Shown piece by piece: positions 63,671 through 64,000 of a stretch of 64,000 bases of DNA; position 1 is the stretch's first letter, and every line of letters begins with the position of its first letter. The notes beneath the pieces were generated by a model, which ran no database searches, was not told the origin of the DNA, and saw only the letters and a list, made by a program, of their open reading frames with translations. The stretch is from positions 160,001 to 224,000 of the forward strand of contig CAWETW010000003.1 of NCBI GenBank assembly GCA_963812155.1. Reading direction: 5' to 3'. Source of the DNA: Vulcanimicrobiota bacterium. Its GTDB lineage: Bacteria; Vulcanimicrobiota; Vulcanimicrobiia; Vulcanimicrobiales; Vulcanimicrobiaceae. Made by a program: the position numbers and the translations under genes.

Positions 63671-64000
63671 GCTGCCTCCAATTTCGTCAGCGACGCGTCG
63701 AGCAGTTCGGCCGCTTCGTCGAGTTCGGCGTCGCCGGCGATCAACGGCGGCGCAATCACGACCGCGTTATACCGGCCGAAGACGTAGAGTCCGCGGGCGA
63801 GCGCGTCGGCGAAAAATGCGTTGAGCGACTCTTTTCCTTGCCACGCGACCAACGGCTCGCGCGATTCCCGATCGCGCACGAGTTCCAATCCGAAGAAGGC
63901 GCCGACGCCCCGCACCTCGCCGATCGTGCGGTGGCGCCGCTGCAGTTCGTCGAGGCGCGCGCGCAGCGGCCGTTCCATTTCTCTCGCACGTTCGAAGATG
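63667..64000 (-). CDS. Class III aminotransferase (C-terminal part only)
   Basis: IGEVRGVGAFFGLELVRDR...VIAPPLI. Confidence 0.85.
   Translation of the reverse strand, partial: IFERAREMERPLRARLDELQRRHRTIGEVRGVGAFFGLELVRDRESREPLVAWQGKESLNAFFADALARGLYVFGRYNAVVIAPPLIAGDAELDEAAELLDASLTKLEAA

Noticed and set aside
1..64000. Many long overlapping or antisense ORFs in the six-frame track (e.g. 7144-8877 minus, 22361-23640 plus, 36457-38121 minus)
   Set aside because: They are Arg/Ala-rich shadow frames expected at high GC, and each overlaps a gene with clear family motifs.
1..64000. CRISPR array, tRNA/rRNA genes, transposase, integrase or prophage
   Set aside because: I found no regularly spaced repeats and no diagnostic motifs by reading.

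Overview
A GC-rich, gene-dense bacterial chromosome segment. Gene style and the secreted-protein families suggest a soil Terrabacteria lineage such as Eremiobacterota/Vulcanimicrobiota, but this is inference only. Left to right it holds: a tetrapyrrole operon (SirC-HemC-HemD fusion, hemB, mobA, hemL, rex, hemA, cobA); an ArnT-like glycosyltransferase; a respiratory block (menG, polyprenyl synthase, tatA, tatC, resB, ccsA, Rieske protein, cytochrome b-c fusion); rsmI-metG-tatD; a glutaredoxin-like gene; pepP; nadABC; a sulfate ABC transporter plus two TauE paralogues; an OPT transporter; secreted hydrolases; comEC, leuS, comEA; an acyl-CoA synthetase; and an aminotransferase-mmsA-permease-GntR catabolic operon. 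About ten genes, several essential, carry small frameshifting indels that look like long-read assembly errors. I saw no CRISPR array, tRNA/rRNA or transposase. Best leads: (1) a ~200-nt structured non-coding RNA with its own promoter and terminator that resembles a compact raiA-motif RNA (33747-33950); (2) a glutaredoxin-like selenoprotein with in-frame UGA and an fdhF-like SECIS (21409-21698); (3) a repeated AAGGTGAC-N4-GTYACYTT palindrome upstream of sulfate-uptake, TauE and mgtC genes; (4) a structured nadA leader and an unannotated 43-aa secreted peptide; (5) the SirC-HemC-half-HemD and cytochrome b(PAWY)-c fusions.
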